From sequence record PV357172.2: DNA of 64,000 nucleotides, one strand, 5' to 3'. Below are positions 54,323-64,000 of this stretch, piece after piece. Position numbers and translations under genes: made by a program. The stretch's first letter is position 1. Each line of letters begins with the position of its first letter. The DNA is from a phage. A model generated the notes under the pieces. That model saw only the letters and a list, made by a program, of their open reading frames with translations. It had not been told where the DNA came from and did no database searches.

Positions 54323-55720
54323 ATGTCTTTACAACTATTACGTAATACTCGAATCTTCGTGTCTACGGTTAAGACTGGTCATAATAAGACCAACACGCAA
54401 GAGATTCTAGTTCAGGATGATATTTCTTGGGGTCAGGACAGTAACTCAACAGATATTACTGTTAATGAAGCTGGTCCGCGTCCAACTCGTGGTTCTAAAC
54501 GTTTTAACGACTCTTTAAACGCGGCTGAGTGGAGTTTCTCTACTTATATCCTGCCATATAAAGATAAAACTACTAACAAACAGATTGTCCCTGACTATAT
54601 GTTATGGCATGCTCTTTCTAGTGGTAAAGCTCTTAACCTAGAAGGTGCTACAGGAGCACATAATAACGAAACCAATTTTATGGTTAACTTTAAAGATAAC
54701 GCGTACCACGAACTGGCAATGCTGCATATCTACATCCTGACTGACAAAGCATGGAGTTACATCGACTCTTGCCAGATCAACCAGGCAGAAGTTAACGTTG
54801 ATATTGAGGATATTGGTCGTGTAACTTGGTCAGGTAATGGTAACCAGCTTATTCCTTTGGATGAGCAACCATTTGACCCTGATACTGTAGGTATTGATGA
54901 TGAAACTTATATGACTATTCAGAGTTCTTATATCAAGAACAAGTTGACTATCCTGAAAATTAAGGATATGGATTCTGATAAGGCATATGATATCCCTATT
55001 ACTGGGGGTACTTTCACCATTAATAACAATATTACGTACCTAACCCCGAATATTATGTCTCGTGTTAATATTCCAATTGGTTCTTTTACTGGTGCTTTTG
55101 AATTAACGGGTTCATTAACTGCTTATCTGAATGATAAATCTCTTGGTTCTATGGAGCTGTACAAAGATCTTATCAAGACTCTGAAGGTAGTTAACCGCTT
55201 CGAAATTGCTCTAGTACTTGGTGGTGAATACGATGAAGAACGTCCTGCTGCTATTCTGGTAGCTAAACAAGCACACGTTAATATTCCTACTATTGAAACT
55301 GATGATGTACTTGGTACTTCAGTAGAGTTTAAAGCTATTCCATCTGATCTGGATGCTGGTGATGAAGGTTACTTAGGCTTCTCTAGTAAATATACCAAAA
55401 CAACTATTAATAACTTGATTGTTAATGGTGATGGTGCTACTAATGCTGTAACCGCAATTACTGTTAAATCTGCTGGTGATGCTACTACAGTAAACAACTC
55501 GGCTACTCTTCAAATGAGTGTTGAAGTTACTCCTCCTTCCGCAAAGAATAAGGAAGTTACTTGGGCTATCACCGCCGGTGATGCAGCCACAATTGATCCA
55601 GAATCTGGCCTATTAACTGCGGACACCACTAAAACTGGTGAAGTAACTGTAGAAGCTACTGCTAAAGATGGTTCTGGAGTTAAAGGTACTAAACAGATTA
55701 CTGTAGCAGCAGGTGGCTAA
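54323..55720 (+). CDS. tail tube protein pb6-like with C-terminal Ig-like (Big_2-type) domain (465 aa)
   Basis: Length close to T5 pb6 as I recall it; C-terminal 110 aa show an Ig-like pattern (TVKSAGDATTV...TWAITAGDAATID). Confidence 0.7.
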   Translation: MSLQLLRNTRIFVSTVKTGHNKTNTQEILVQDDISWGQDSNSTDITVNEAGPRPTRGSKRFNDSLNAAEWSFSTYILPYKDKTTNKQIVPDYMLWHALSSGKALNLEGATGAHNNETNFMVNFKDNAYHELAMLHIYILTDKAWSYIDSCQINQAEVNVDIEDIGRVTWSGNGNQLIPLDEQPFDPDTVGIDDETYMTIQSSYIKNKLTILKIKDMDSDKAYDIPITGGTFTINNNITYLTPNIMSRVNIPIGSFTGAFELTGSLTAYLNDKSLGSMELYKDLIKTLKVVNRFEIALVLGGEYDEERPAAILVAKQAHVNIPTIETDDVLGTSVEFKAIPSDLDAGDEGYLGFSSKYTKTTINNLIVNGDGATNAVTAITVKSAGDATTVNNSATLQMSVEVTPPSAKNKEVTWAITAGDAATIDPESGLLTADTTKTGEVTVEATAKDGSGVKGTKQITVAAGG

Positions 55721-55724
55721 TTAA

Positions 55725-56624
55725 ATGTACTACTCTCTAATGAGAGAGTCAAAAGTTATAGTTGAGTATGATGGTAGGGCATTTCATTTTGATGCCCTAT
55801 CAAACTATGATATACAGACTTCCTACGAGGAATTCAAGACTCTTCGTAGGACTGTTCATCGTAGAACTAACTATGCAGACTCTATTATAAATGCTCAAAC
55901 CCCCTCTTCTATCTCTCTAGCAGTAAATTTCAGTAATACTCTTACTGAGGCTAACTTCTTTGAATGGTTAGGTTTTGATAGAAAAGGTAATACTTTCTTA
56001 CTCCCGCTATATAGTAGTAATATTGAACCTATTATGTTCAATATCTATATAGTAAATAAAGATAATAACTGTGTATATTTTGAAAACTGTTATGTATCTA
56101 CAGTAGATTTTTCTTTAGATAAGAACATACCAATTCTTAATGTTGGTATTGAGTCTGGGAAATTCTCAGAAGTATCTACGTATAGAGAAGCAGCTTCTAT
56201 TATACAGGGTGAAGTAATGTCTTACAGCCCAGTAATAGCTTCTACTAATGGCAGCATCTTACCCGGTCTTATTTCTGCCTCTTTATCTTTCCAGCAGCAG
56301 TGCTCCTGGAGAGAGGATAAGAGTGTTTTTGATATAAATAAAATTTATAATAATAAAAGAGCCTATGTAACTGAAATGAATGCTTCGGCAACCATTTCTC
56401 TGTACTACTTAAAACGTTTTGCAGGAGATATGGTTTATAATATAGAACCGGAGACAGATGTACCTTTAATGATAAGAAATAATAATATTTCTATAGATTT
56501 TCCTTCAGCACGTATTACAAAACGCCTAGAGTTCTCAGATGTGTATAGAGTTGAGTGGGATATTATACCTATTGCTTCTTCAGACCCAGTGAGAATAGAT
56601 TTCTTTGGAGAAATTAAAAAATGA
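55725..56624 (+). CDS. tail structural protein (collar p140-like candidate, 299 aa)
   Basis: Position between the tube gene and the chaperones. Confidence 0.4.
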   Translation: MYYSLMRESKVIVEYDGRAFHFDALSNYDIQTSYEEFKTLRRTVHRRTNYADSIINAQTPSSISLAVNFSNTLTEANFFEWLGFDRKGNTFLLPLYSSNIEPIMFNIYIVNKDNNCVYFENCYVSTVDFSLDKNIPILNVGIESGKFSEVSTYREAASIIQGEVMSYSPVIASTNGSILPGLISASLSFQQQCSWREDKSVFDINKIYNNKRAYVTEMNASATISLYYLKRFAGDMVYNIEPETDVPLMIRNNNISIDFPSARITKRLEFSDVYRVEWDIIPIASSDPVRIDFFGEIKK

Positions 56625-57025
56625 TTAATTTAAAAGATATTACTCTTGATACTCGTACTATTACTCTTTCCTACCCAGGTATGCCGAACTTTAAACTAGA
56701 ACTTAACTATATGTCTCGTGCTACCTCTAAACGTGTTATTTCTTCTGCTAAACGCGATGAATGGGTTAATGGTACTTTGGTTCAGGTACAGGATGATGAT
56801 AAGTTCATTGAAGCCTTTGTTGACGCAGCTATTAAAGGTTGGACTGGTTTGACTGTAGGTGACGTTGAAAAACTGATGCTGATTGAAACAGACGCTGATC
56901 CTGCTACTGAAGTTCCATTTAGTCGTGATAATGCTGTAATGCTTATGCAGAACTCTGCTGCGTTTGATTCTTGGATCAACCAGACAGTGTTCCATTTAGA
57001 CACTTTTCGTAGCTCAAAAGCGTAA
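56621..57025 (+). CDS. tail assembly chaperone candidate (134 aa)
   Basis: Position upstream of the tape measure gene. Confidence 0.5.
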   Translation: MINLKDITLDTRTITLSYPGMPNFKLELNYMSRATSKRVISSAKRDEWVNGTLVQVQDDDKFIEAFVDAAIKGWTGLTVGDVEKLMLIETDADPATEVPFSRDNAVMLMQNSAAFDSWINQTVFHLDTFRSSKA

Positions 57026-57035
57026 AGAATTACTA

Positions 57036-57455
57036 GATGCTGTTGCTGACTTTGCTGATAAATGTATTAAAAGCTCAGCATCTAAAATGACTAAACAACA
57101 ATATTTAATACTTTGTGAATCAATGGGTATAGAACCTGATCCTAAGGCTATGCCTGTTGAACTTGAAGACTTTCCACCTATTGTAGCTATTAGTATGAAT
57201 ATTTATAATAGTCTAGTTGACTGTTTCATACCTGGCGACTTTCCTATATTTATAGGTAAAGACAAGGCTGCTTTAGGTGTTTTATTCGATATTTATGGGA
57301 TTACTGATCCCATAGAAAAAGAATTTGTTCTACACATTATCAATATATTTGATTCTAAAGCTGTAGACGCTGCACGTAAACGTGCTGAGAAGCATAAGCC
57401 GCAAAACGGTAGAATACCTAACGTTAAGCCACATGCTAAATCTCGAGCACGGTAA
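57036..57455 (+). CDS. second tail assembly chaperone candidate
   Basis: Frame is open from ATG 57036 (track start 57087); directly upstream of the tape measure gene. Confidence 0.45.
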   Translation, partial: DAVADFADKCIKSSASKMTKQQYLILCESMGIEPDPKAMPVELEDFPPIVAISMNIYNSLVDCFIPGDFPIFIGKDKAALGVLFDIYGITDPIEKEFVLHIINIFDSKAVDAARKRAEKHKPQNGRIPNVKPHAKSRAR

Positions 57456-57490
57456 AAGTTTCCTCCAATGGGCGTTCCACGATGAGGCTT

Positions 57491-57521
57491 GGCTCTGGGT
57501 GATTTGCCCAGAGCCTTTTTT
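57491..57521 (+). terminator. rho-independent terminator
   Basis: GGCTCTGGG...CCCAGAGCC hairpin followed by TTTTTT. Confidence 0.7.
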
Positions 57522-57538
57522 ATTGGGAAAAATAAAAT

Positions 57539-60500
57539 ATGACTGATAAGCTAATACGAGAATTACTAATAGACGTTAAACAGAAGGGGGCAACCCGTAC
57601 TGCAAAGTCTATTGAAAACGTATCTGATGCATTAGAGAACGCTGCTGCTGCTTCTGAACTAACAAATGAACAGTTAGGTAAAATGCCCAAAACTCTATAC
57701 TCCATTGAGAGGGCAGCAGATAGAGCAGCGAAAAGTCTTACTAAAATGCAAGCTAGCAGAGGTATGCTTAGTATTACTAAATCTATTAATGATATAGGAG
57801 CTAAGTTAGATGATCTCGCTATTACAATGATTGAAGTAGCAGATAAATTAGAAATCGGATTTGATGGAGTTTCTAGATCTGTTAAAACAATGGGCAATGA
57901 TGTTGCAGCTGCAACAGAGAAAGTTCAAGATAGGCTGTATGATACTAATAGAGCCTTAGGTGGTACAGCTAGAGGTTTTAATGATACTACTGGTGCCGCT
58001 GGTAGAGCTTCTAGAGCTATCGGTAATACCTCTGGCTCAGCACGCGGTGCAACTCGTGATTTCGCGGCAATGGCTAAGATAGGGGGTGGTTTACCTATCC
58101 TGTATGCTGCAATTGCATCTAATATATTTGTTCTTCAGTCCGCTTTTGAGGGCCTAAAAGTAGGTGATCAATTAAACAGACTGGAACATTTTGGCACTAT
58201 CGTTGGGACTATAACGGGTACACCAGTACAGACGTTAGCTCTGGCACTACAAAACGCTACTAACGGTGCTGTATCCTTTGAAGAAGCTATGAGACAAGCG
58301 TCTTCTGCTTCAGCTTATGGATTTGATAGTAAACAATTAGAACAGTTCGGACTAGTAGCCCGTCGTGCTGCTGCTGTTCTTGGTGTTGACATGACCGACG
58401 CACTTAACCGTGTAATTAAAGGCGTATCTAAGCAAGAAATAGAACTTCTAGACGAACTTGGTGTTACTATTCGCCTTAACGATGCGTATGCAAATTATGT
58501 TAAACAGCTAAATGCTACCAGTACAGGCATTAAATATACTGTAGATAGCCTGACTACCTACCAGAGACAACAAGCATATGCAAATGAAGTTATAGCAGAA
58601 TCTACTAGACGTTTCGGATACCTAGATGATGCTCTTAAGTCAACTTCTTGGGAGCTATTTGCTGCTAATGCTAACTCTGCCCTAAGAAGCCTACAACAAA
58701 GCGCAGCAACATACTTAACCCCTGTTGTAGACACCATCAATGCTTTCTTATATCAAACTAAATCTTCTCAGATGAGGATTTCCGCAATGGCACGCAGTGC
58801 CTCTGCTAAAACCACTCCTACTGAAAATGTTACGGCTCTCATAGAAAACGCTGTAGGTGCACAAGAAGATCTAGATACTTACCTTAAAGAAAGTGATGCT
58901 CGTGTTAAGAAAGCTCAAGAGATTAAACAGCAGTTAGATGATCTCAAGGCAAAACAAGCTGTTACTGCTCCAGTAGCTAACGCACTTACTGCTGTGGGCA
59001 TTGGAGGCGATGAAAGTAATAAATTAGTAGTACAACTTACTAATGAACTGGCTCGTCAAAACCAAGAAATAGCAGAACGCGCTAAAACCGAAAAAGTTCT
59101 CAAACAAGCAGTGGAAGATACTGGGCAAGCCTTACTGCGTAATAGTAATCTAGCTAAGCAATTAGGAGCCAATATGCAGTATGCTGCCACTGCTATTCCT
59201 GGAGAGACCGGGGTATTTAAGATTGATCCTAATAATCTTAAAGCGGCTGCAGAGGTACAGAAGAACTATGACCAGCTAAAGAAAAGCTCTAGTGATACTG
59301 CAAATAATATAAAAATGGCAGCTACTAACATTACCACTGCCAAAAAAGCATCAGGTGACTTAGTTAGCATTATAAAAGCAGTAGGAGATACTGCTAAGGT
59401 AACAGGGCAAAATACAGATACTCTAGTTAAAAATCTGAATCTAGGCTTTGAAAATCTAGATCAAATGAAGGCTGCGCAGAAAGGTCTATCAGAATATGTA
59501 ACTGCTATGGATAAGAATGAGCAGAATGCACTGGAAGTAGCTAAACGTAAAGACGAGGTTTATAACCAGACTAAAGACAAAGCTAAAGCGGAGGCAGCAG
59601 CTAGAGAGGTGCTACTACGTCAGCAACAGGAACAGCTCACAGCAGCAAAAGCACTACTGGCTGTTAATCCAAACGATCCAGAGGCTCTAAAGCAGGTAGC
59701 TAAGATAGAAACAGAGATTCTTAATACTAAAGCTCAGGGATTTGAGAACGCTAAGAAAACTAAAGATCTGACAGATAAAATTCTTGGTGTAGATCGTGAG
59801 ATAGCTCTCCTGAATGACCGCACTATGACGAGTACTCAGTATCGTCTAGCACAATTAAGGCTAGAGCTACAATTAGAGCAGGAAAAAACGGAATTATATT
59901 CTAAACAAGCGGATGGCCAAGCTAAAGCAGAACAGTCTAGACGTGCCCAAGCACAAATAAGTAGAGAACTGTGGGAAGCAGAGAAACAAGCTACTGCCTC
60001 GCATGTGTCAGCTCTCATGGATGCCTTAGAAGTTAACCAAACTCAGAGAAATGTCACTGGTCAATCCCAGATTCTTACTGAAAGGTTATCCATTCTGCAA
60101 CAACAGCTGGAGTTGTCTAAAGGTAATACTGAAGAAGAAATTAAATATCGTAATGAGATTTATAAAACTTCAGCAGCCTTAGAACAGCTTAAAAAGCAAA
60201 GAGAGAGTCAGATGCAGCAACAGGTAGGATCTTCATTAGGTGCTGTGTACACTCCTACAACTGGTCTATCTGGGGCAGATAAAGATTTTGCTGATATGCA
60301 GAATAAGATGGCTTCTTATGACCAGGCTATTTCTAAGCTGTCTGAGTTAAATTCCGAAGCAACAGCTGTAGGTCAAAGCCTTGGTAATTTAACTAATGCT
60401 ATGATTCATTTCTCACGGGGATCTCTAGATACTACGTCTATGATTGCGGCAGGTATGCAAGCTGTATCTTCCGTAATTCAGTATAGTACTAGCCAGCAGG

Positions 60501-61198
60501 TAAGTGCTATTGATGCAGCTATTGCAGCAGAGCAAAAACGTGATGGTAAATCCGAGGAGTCTAAAGCTAAACTCAAGAAACTGGAAGCGGAAAAGGTTAA
60601 GATCCAGCAGGATGCAGCTAAGAAGCAAATCATTATTCAGACGGCAGTAGCAGTAATGCAAGCGGCAACAGCTGTACCATACCCGTTCTCTATTCCTTTG
60701 ATGGTGGCGGCAGGTTTGGCAGGTGCGTTGTCTCTTGCTCAAGCATCTTCTGCATCGAGTATGTCAAGTATTGCTGATTCTGGAGCGGATACAACAAGTT
60801 ATTTAACCTTAGGAGAGCGTCAAAAGAATATAGATGTGTCCATGTCTGCTAATGCAGGTGAACTATCTTATATCCGAGGCGATAAAGGAATAGGCGGTGC
60901 TAACTCTTTCGTTCCTCGTGCTGAGGGTGGTAATATGTACCCAGGGGTTAGTTACCAAATGGGTGAACATGGTACAGAAGTAGTTACCCCTATGGTTCCT
61001 ATGAAAGCTACACCTAATGATGAGCTAAAAACCTCATCTAACTCAACTTCAGGAAGACCTATCATCTTGAATATTAGTGCTATGGATGCTGCAAGTTTCA
61101 GAGAGTTTGCTTCTAGTAATAGTAGTGCTCTAAGAGACGCAGTAGAATTAGCTCTGAATGAGAACGGTGCTAGTCTGAAAACATTAGGAAATTCTTAA
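57539..61198 (+). CDS. tail tape measure protein pb2-like (1219 aa)
   Basis: Very long helical ORF with a hydrophobic segment and C-terminal metallopeptidase-like region; length equals T5 pb2 as I recall it. Confidence 0.8.
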   Translation: MTDKLIRELLIDVKQKGATRTAKSIENVSDALENAAAASELTNEQLGKMPKTLYSIERAADRAAKSLTKMQASRGMLSITKSINDIGAKLDDLAITMIEVADKLEIGFDGVSRSVKTMGNDVAAATEKVQDRLYDTNRALGGTARGFNDTTGAAGRASRAIGNTSGSARGATRDFAAMAKIGGGLPILYAAIASNIFVLQSAFEGLKVGDQLNRLEHFGTIVGTITGTPVQTLALALQNATNGAVSFEEAMRQASSASAYGFDSKQLEQFGLVARRAAAVLGVDMTDALNRVIKGVSKQEIELLDELGVTIRLNDAYANYVKQLNATSTGIKYTVDSLTTYQRQQAYANEVIAESTRRFGYLDDALKSTSWELFAANANSALRSLQQSAATYLTPVVDTINAFLYQTKSSQMRISAMARSASAKTTPTENVTALIENAVGAQEDLDTYLKESDARVKKAQEIKQQLDDLKAKQAVTAPVANALTAVGIGGDESNKLVVQLTNELARQNQEIAERAKTEKVLKQAVEDTGQALLRNSNLAKQLGANMQYAATAIPGETGVFKIDPNNLKAAAEVQKNYDQLKKSSSDTANNIKMAATNITTAKKASGDLVSIIKAVGDTAKVTGQNTDTLVKNLNLGFENLDQMKAAQKGLSEYVTAMDKNEQNALEVAKRKDEVYNQTKDKAKAEAAAREVLLRQQQEQLTAAKALLAVNPNDPEALKQVAKIETEILNTKAQGFENAKKTKDLTDKILGVDREIALLNDRTMTSTQYRLAQLRLELQLEQEKTELYSKQADGQAKAEQSRRAQAQISRELWEAEKQATASHVSALMDALEVNQTQRNVTGQSQILTERLSILQQQLELSKGNTEEEIKYRNEIYKTSAALEQLKKQRESQMQQQVGSSLGAVYTPTTGLSGADKDFADMQNKMASYDQAISKLSELNSEATAVGQSLGNLTNAMIHFSRGSLDTTSMIAAGMQAVSSVIQYSTSQQVSAIDAAIAAEQKRDGKSEESKAKLKKLEAEKVKIQQDAAKKQIIIQTAVAVMQAATAVPYPFSIPLMVAAGLAGALSLAQASSASSMSSIADSGADTTSYLTLGERQKNIDVSMSANAGELSYIRGDKGIGGANSFVPRAEGGNMYPGVSYQMGEHGTEVVTPMVPMKATPNDELKTSSNSTSGRPIILNISAMDAASFREFASSNSSALRDAVELALNENGASLKTLGNS

Positions 61199-61205
61199 AA
61201 CTGGA

Positions 61206-61232
61206 GGAGGACTTTGAGTCCTCCTTTTCTTT
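61206..61232 (+). terminator. rho-independent terminator
   Basis: GGAGGAC-TTTGA-GTCCTCC hairpin followed by a T-run. Confidence 0.7.
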
Positions 61233-61307
61233 ATGGAAAAATAAAAATTTCTTGATAAAATTTTCTAATACTATTATAATATTGTTATTAAAGAGGAGAA
61301 ATTAACT

Positions 61308-61922
61308 ATGAGATTACCAGACCCATACACGAATCCAGAACTTTCAGGCTTAGGATTCGAAAGTGTTAACCTGATTGATAATGACCCAGTAATTCGTGAT
61401 GAGTTACCAAATGGTAAAGTTAACGAAGTTAAGGTATCTGCTCAATACTGGGGTATAAATATTTCTTATCCAGAATTATTTCCAGATGAATATAGTGTTC
61501 TAGATGCTTTTATTCTAGAATACAAAAGGACTGGTGGTTATATAGATGTTATATTACCCCAATACGAAGCTTTTAGAGTTAGAGGTAATACTAGTCTAGT
61601 AAATATACCTGCTGGACAGAAGGGTTCTAATATAACTATGGATACAAAAGGGCTTCTTACAGGTACTCCAAAACCGGGGGATCTATTTAAGCTGTCTAGC
61701 CACCCAAAAGTATATAAAATAACATCATTTAACAAATCAGGTAATACATGGTCTATAAACTTATACCCTGATTTATTTATAACTACTACTGGAGCGGAGA
61801 AGCCAGTATTCAATGGAATACTATTTAGAACAAAACTCATGAATGGTGATGCTTTTGGATCTACACTAAATAATAACGGAACATACTCCAACATCTCATT
61901 AAATTTACGGGAAAGTCTATGA
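61308..61922 (+). CDS. distal tail protein pb9-like (204 aa)
   Basis: Position after the tape measure gene; same length as T5 pb9 as I recall it. Confidence 0.65.
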   Translation: MRLPDPYTNPELSGLGFESVNLIDNDPVIRDELPNGKVNEVKVSAQYWGINISYPELFPDEYSVLDAFILEYKRTGGYIDVILPQYEAFRVRGNTSLVNIPAGQKGSNITMDTKGLLTGTPKPGDLFKLSSHPKVYKITSFNKSGNTWSINLYPDLFITTTGAEKPVFNGILFRTKLMNGDAFGSTLNNNGTYSNISLNLRESL

Positions 61923-64000
61923 AAAAAATATTAGATAGTGCTAGAAACTACTTAAAAAATAATAGCAGAATAAAAACTGCTAGTCTAATTTCTCTAGAAT
62001 TACCCGGCTCTACTGGTACTAGTACTGCTTTTATTTACTTAACTGACTATTTTAGAGATGTACTATATAATGGTATTTTGTACCAGGCCGGTAAAGTTAA
62101 GTCTATTAGCACACATAAACAAAATAGAGATTTATCTATTGGCAGCCTATCTTTTACTATTACAGGTACAGCGCAGGATGAAGTACTGAAATTAGTGCAG
62201 AATGGTGTGTCTTTTTTAGATAGATTAGTATCAATTCACCAAGCAATTATTACAGAAGATGGTTCTATTTTACCTGTAGACCCAGACACAAATGGGCCTT
62301 TATTATACTTTAGAGGTAGAATTACTGGTGGAGGTATTAAGGATAATATTAGCACTTCGGGAGTTGGAACCTCCACAATTACTTGGAATTGTTCTAACCA
62401 ATTCTATGATTTTGATAGGGTTAATGGTAGATTTACTGATGATGCTTCTCATAGAGGGCTTGAAGTTGTAGCAGGGCAATTAGTTCCATCTAACGGGGCT
62501 AAAAGACTTGAGTATCAAGAAGATTATGGGTTCTTTCATGCCAATAAAAGTATCTCTATTCTAGCAAAATATCAGGTACAGGAAGAAAGATACAAGCTAA
62601 AGTCTAAGAAAAAGCTATTTGGCCTATCTAGAAGTTATAGTCTTAAAAAGTATTATGAGACTGTTACTAAAGAAGTAGATATAGATTTTAACCTTGCTGC
62701 TAAGTATCTACCAGTAGTTTATGGTGTACAGAAAATACCGGGAATACCTATTTTTGCGGATACGGAATTACACAATCCTAATATAGTTTACGTAGTATAT
62801 GCTTTTGCTGAAGGAGAGATAGACGGTTTTCTTGACTTTTCCTTTGGGGATAACCCTATGATTTGTATGGACTCTAATGATAGCTCTGCTAGAACCTGTT
62901 TCGGTGTTAAAAAAGTAGCCGGAGACACCATGCAAAGAATAGCATCAGGAACACCTTCTAGTAGTCCTTCCGTGCATGGGCAGGAGTATAAGTATAATGA
63001 TGGGAATGGTGACATAAGAATTTGGACGTATCATGGAAAACCTGACCAAACGGCTTCTGAAGTACTAGTAGATATAGCTAAAGAACGTGGGTTCTACCTT
63101 CAGAATATGAATGGCAATGGACCGGAGTACTGGGATGCTAGGTATAAACTACTAGATACTGCATACGCAGTGGTGCGCTTCACTATTAATGAAAATAGGA
63201 CTGAGATTCCTGAAGTTAGTGCTGAAATTCAAGGTAAAAAAGTAAAAGTCTATCATTCTGATGGTAGAGTAACTGCTAATAGTACTAGTTTAAATGGTAT
63301 TTGGCAAACACTTGATTACTTAACCTCTGATAGATATGGCGCTAATATTACCATTGATCAGTTCCCCCTTCAGCAATTAATACAGGAAGCAGATATTTTA
63401 GATATTATAGATGAATCCTATCAGGTATCTTGGCAGCCATATTGGAGATACGTTGGGTGGACTGATCCACTAGCAGAAAATAGACAAATAGTACAAATGA
63501 ATACTATTCTGGATACATCTGAATCAGTATTTAAAAATGTGCAAGGTTTGTTAGAGTCCTATGGTGGGGCTATTAACAATTTATCTGGCCAGTATAGGGT
63601 TACTGTAGAAAAATACTCTAATACTCCATTAGAGATTAATTTTCTAGACACTTACGGTGATTTGGAGCTATCTGATACTACCGGTAGAAATAAATTCAAC
63701 TCAGTTCAAGCATCTATTGTGGATCCCGCCCTTAGCTGGAAAACTAATTCCATTACCTTCTATAATTCCAAGTATAAGGAACAGGACAAAAACCTGGATA
63801 AAAAACTACAATTATCTTTTGCAAATATAACTAACTACTATACTGCTAGAAGTTTTGCAGACAGAGAACTTAAGAAATCTAGGTATTCTAGAACCCTCTC
63901 ATTCTCTTTACCATATCAATTCATTGGTATTGAGCCTAACGATGCTATTGCATTTACATACGACCGTTACGGATGGGATAAGAAGTACTTTTTAGTAGAT
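61919..64000 (+). CDS. baseplate hub protein pb3-like (5' part, runs off the window)
   Basis: ATG 61919 overlaps the upstream stop; frame appears open to the window end on manual reading. Confidence 0.6.
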   Translation, partial: MKKILDSARNYLKNNSRIKTASLISLELPGSTGTSTAFIYLTDYFRDVLYNGILYQAGKVKSISTHKQNRDLSIGSLSFTITGTAQDEVLKLVQNGVSFLDRLVSIHQAIITEDGSILPVDPDTNGPLLYFRGRITGGGIKDNISTSGVGTSTITWNCSNQFYDFDRVNGRFTDDASHRGLEVVAGQLVPSNGAKRLEYQEDYGFFHANKSISILAKYQVQEERYKLKSKKKLFGLSRSYSLKKYYETVTKEVDIDFNLAAKYLPVVYGVQKIPGIPIFADTELHNPNIVYVVYAFAEGEIDGFLDFSFGDNPMICMDSNDSSARTCFGVKKVAGDTMQRIASGTPSSSPSVHGQEYKYNDGNGDIRIWTYHGKPDQTASEVLVDIAKERGFYLQNMNGNGPEYWDARYKLLDTAYAVVRFTINENRTEIPEVSAEIQGKKVKVYHSDGRVTANSTSLNGIWQTLDYLTSDRYGANITIDQFPLQQLIQEADILDIIDESYQVSWQPYWRYVGWTDPLAENRQIVQMNTILDTSESVFKNVQGLLESYGGAINNLSGQYRVTVEKYSNTPLEINFLDTYGDLELSDTTGRNKFNSVQASIVDPALSWKTNSITFYNSKYKEQDKNLDKKLQLSFANITNYYTARSFADRELKKSRYSRTLSFSLPYQFIGIEPNDAIAFTYDRYGWDKKYFLVD

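Noticed and set aside
57520-61198. Antisense track ORFs inside the tape measure gene (57520-57897, 58558-58740, 59836-60018, 60425-60742) and inside other long genes (4573-5118, 16676-17021, 22819-23022, 39229-40008, 45134-45632, 47181-47540, 49245-49598, 51229-52420, 56696-57003, 61538-61894)
   Set aside because: Embedded antisense or out-of-frame within well-supported long genes, with no independent RBS or conserved domain.
1-64000. Integrase, transposase or prophage attachment features
   Set aside because: No recombinase-like ORF was seen; the mobile elements present are free-standing homing endonucleases only.

Overview
This window reads as a densely packed, almost entirely plus-strand segment of a T5-like siphophage genome (the T5 assignment rests on recalled protein lengths and motifs, not a database search). 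It has three parts. (1) 1-32.3 kb is an early region: at least 21 tRNA genes, all with an encoded CCA end, interleaved with HNH and GIY-YIG-like (T5orf172-type) homing endonucleases, a repeated sigma70-like promoter family, a NadR-PnuC NAD-salvage pair, a GrcA-like glycyl-radical protein, a holin-endolysin pair, phosphatases and many small ORFs. (2) About 32.4-44.0 kb is a repeat-rich non-coding block (a 14-bp motif in 10 copies, Fur-box-like repeats, DnaA boxes in inverted repeats) plus a pre-early-like module: a 556-aa A1-like metallophosphatase, a 130-aa A2 candidate, a 244-aa HAD-type Dmp-like phosphatase, HNH endonucleases and an array of small membrane-protein paralogs. (3) 44.0-64.0 kb is the late region: a lipoprotein gene divergent from a 585-aa pb5-like receptor-binding protein, terminase, an endonuclease insertion, portal, decoration protein, prohead protease, a major capsid gene interrupted by an apparent +1 frameshift, tail genes, a 1219-aa tape measure protein, distal tail protein and the start of the baseplate hub. 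The most interesting candidates are the iss-like repeat block with Fur-like and DnaA boxes around a minus-strand cassette, the small membrane-protein paralog array next to the lipoprotein gene, the NadR-PnuC pair, and the capsid frameshift. Placement of the pre-early module between early and late genes suggests a collapsed terminal repeat in the assembly. All coordinates were derived by hand from the sequence and ORF track; tRNA ends may be off by 1-2 nt.
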